NCBI RefSeq assembly: GCF_006345805.1
Contig: NC_043001.1
Location: forward strand, 16,492,001-16,556,000
From: Octopus sinensis
Lineage: Eukaryota
DNA: 64,000 bases
Reading direction: 5' to 3'
Of the stretch, positions 63,969-64,000 are shown piece by piece. Under the pieces are notes generated by a model. It was given only the letters and a program-made list of their open reading frames with translations. It was not told the origin of the DNA and made no database searches. Position 1 is the first letter of the stretch, and each line of letters opens with the position of its first letter. The position numbers and the translations under genes were made by a program.

Positions 63969-64000
63969 TTATCATTTTGAGAAAGAGTCTTCTGATGGTT

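Overview
AT-rich, repeat-saturated eukaryotic DNA that looks intronic or intergenic. It is most likely from an octopus, inferred from the tRNA-derived SINE families and extreme microsatellite load. There is a 100-N scaffold gap at 46108-46207. No host protein-coding gene can be called confidently, and nearly all ORFs in the supplied track are microsatellite or SINE artefacts. The window holds several modular tRNA-SINE families and decayed LINEs (R4/Dong-type RLE, RTE, CR1-group, a Penelope-like RT remnant). It also holds a near full-length DD36E Tc1 transposon, several MITEs and a non-autonomous Helitron. The most unusual signal is a set of hammerhead-ribozyme-like motifs in small repeats. One (8343-8405, minus) has an intact core and fully paired stems I and III, but its strands are in a non-circularly permuted (pseudoknotted) order; a decayed sibling with different stem sequences lies at 3208-3290. 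Other highlights: (TAA)n tracts used as landing pads by several retroelements, a SINE/LINE pair sharing a 3' stem-loop with compensatory changes, 11-12 bp SINE target-site duplications, and 183-bp SINE-derived tandem arrays. All calls are by eye, and repeat boundaries are approximate unless TSDs or TIRs are quoted.
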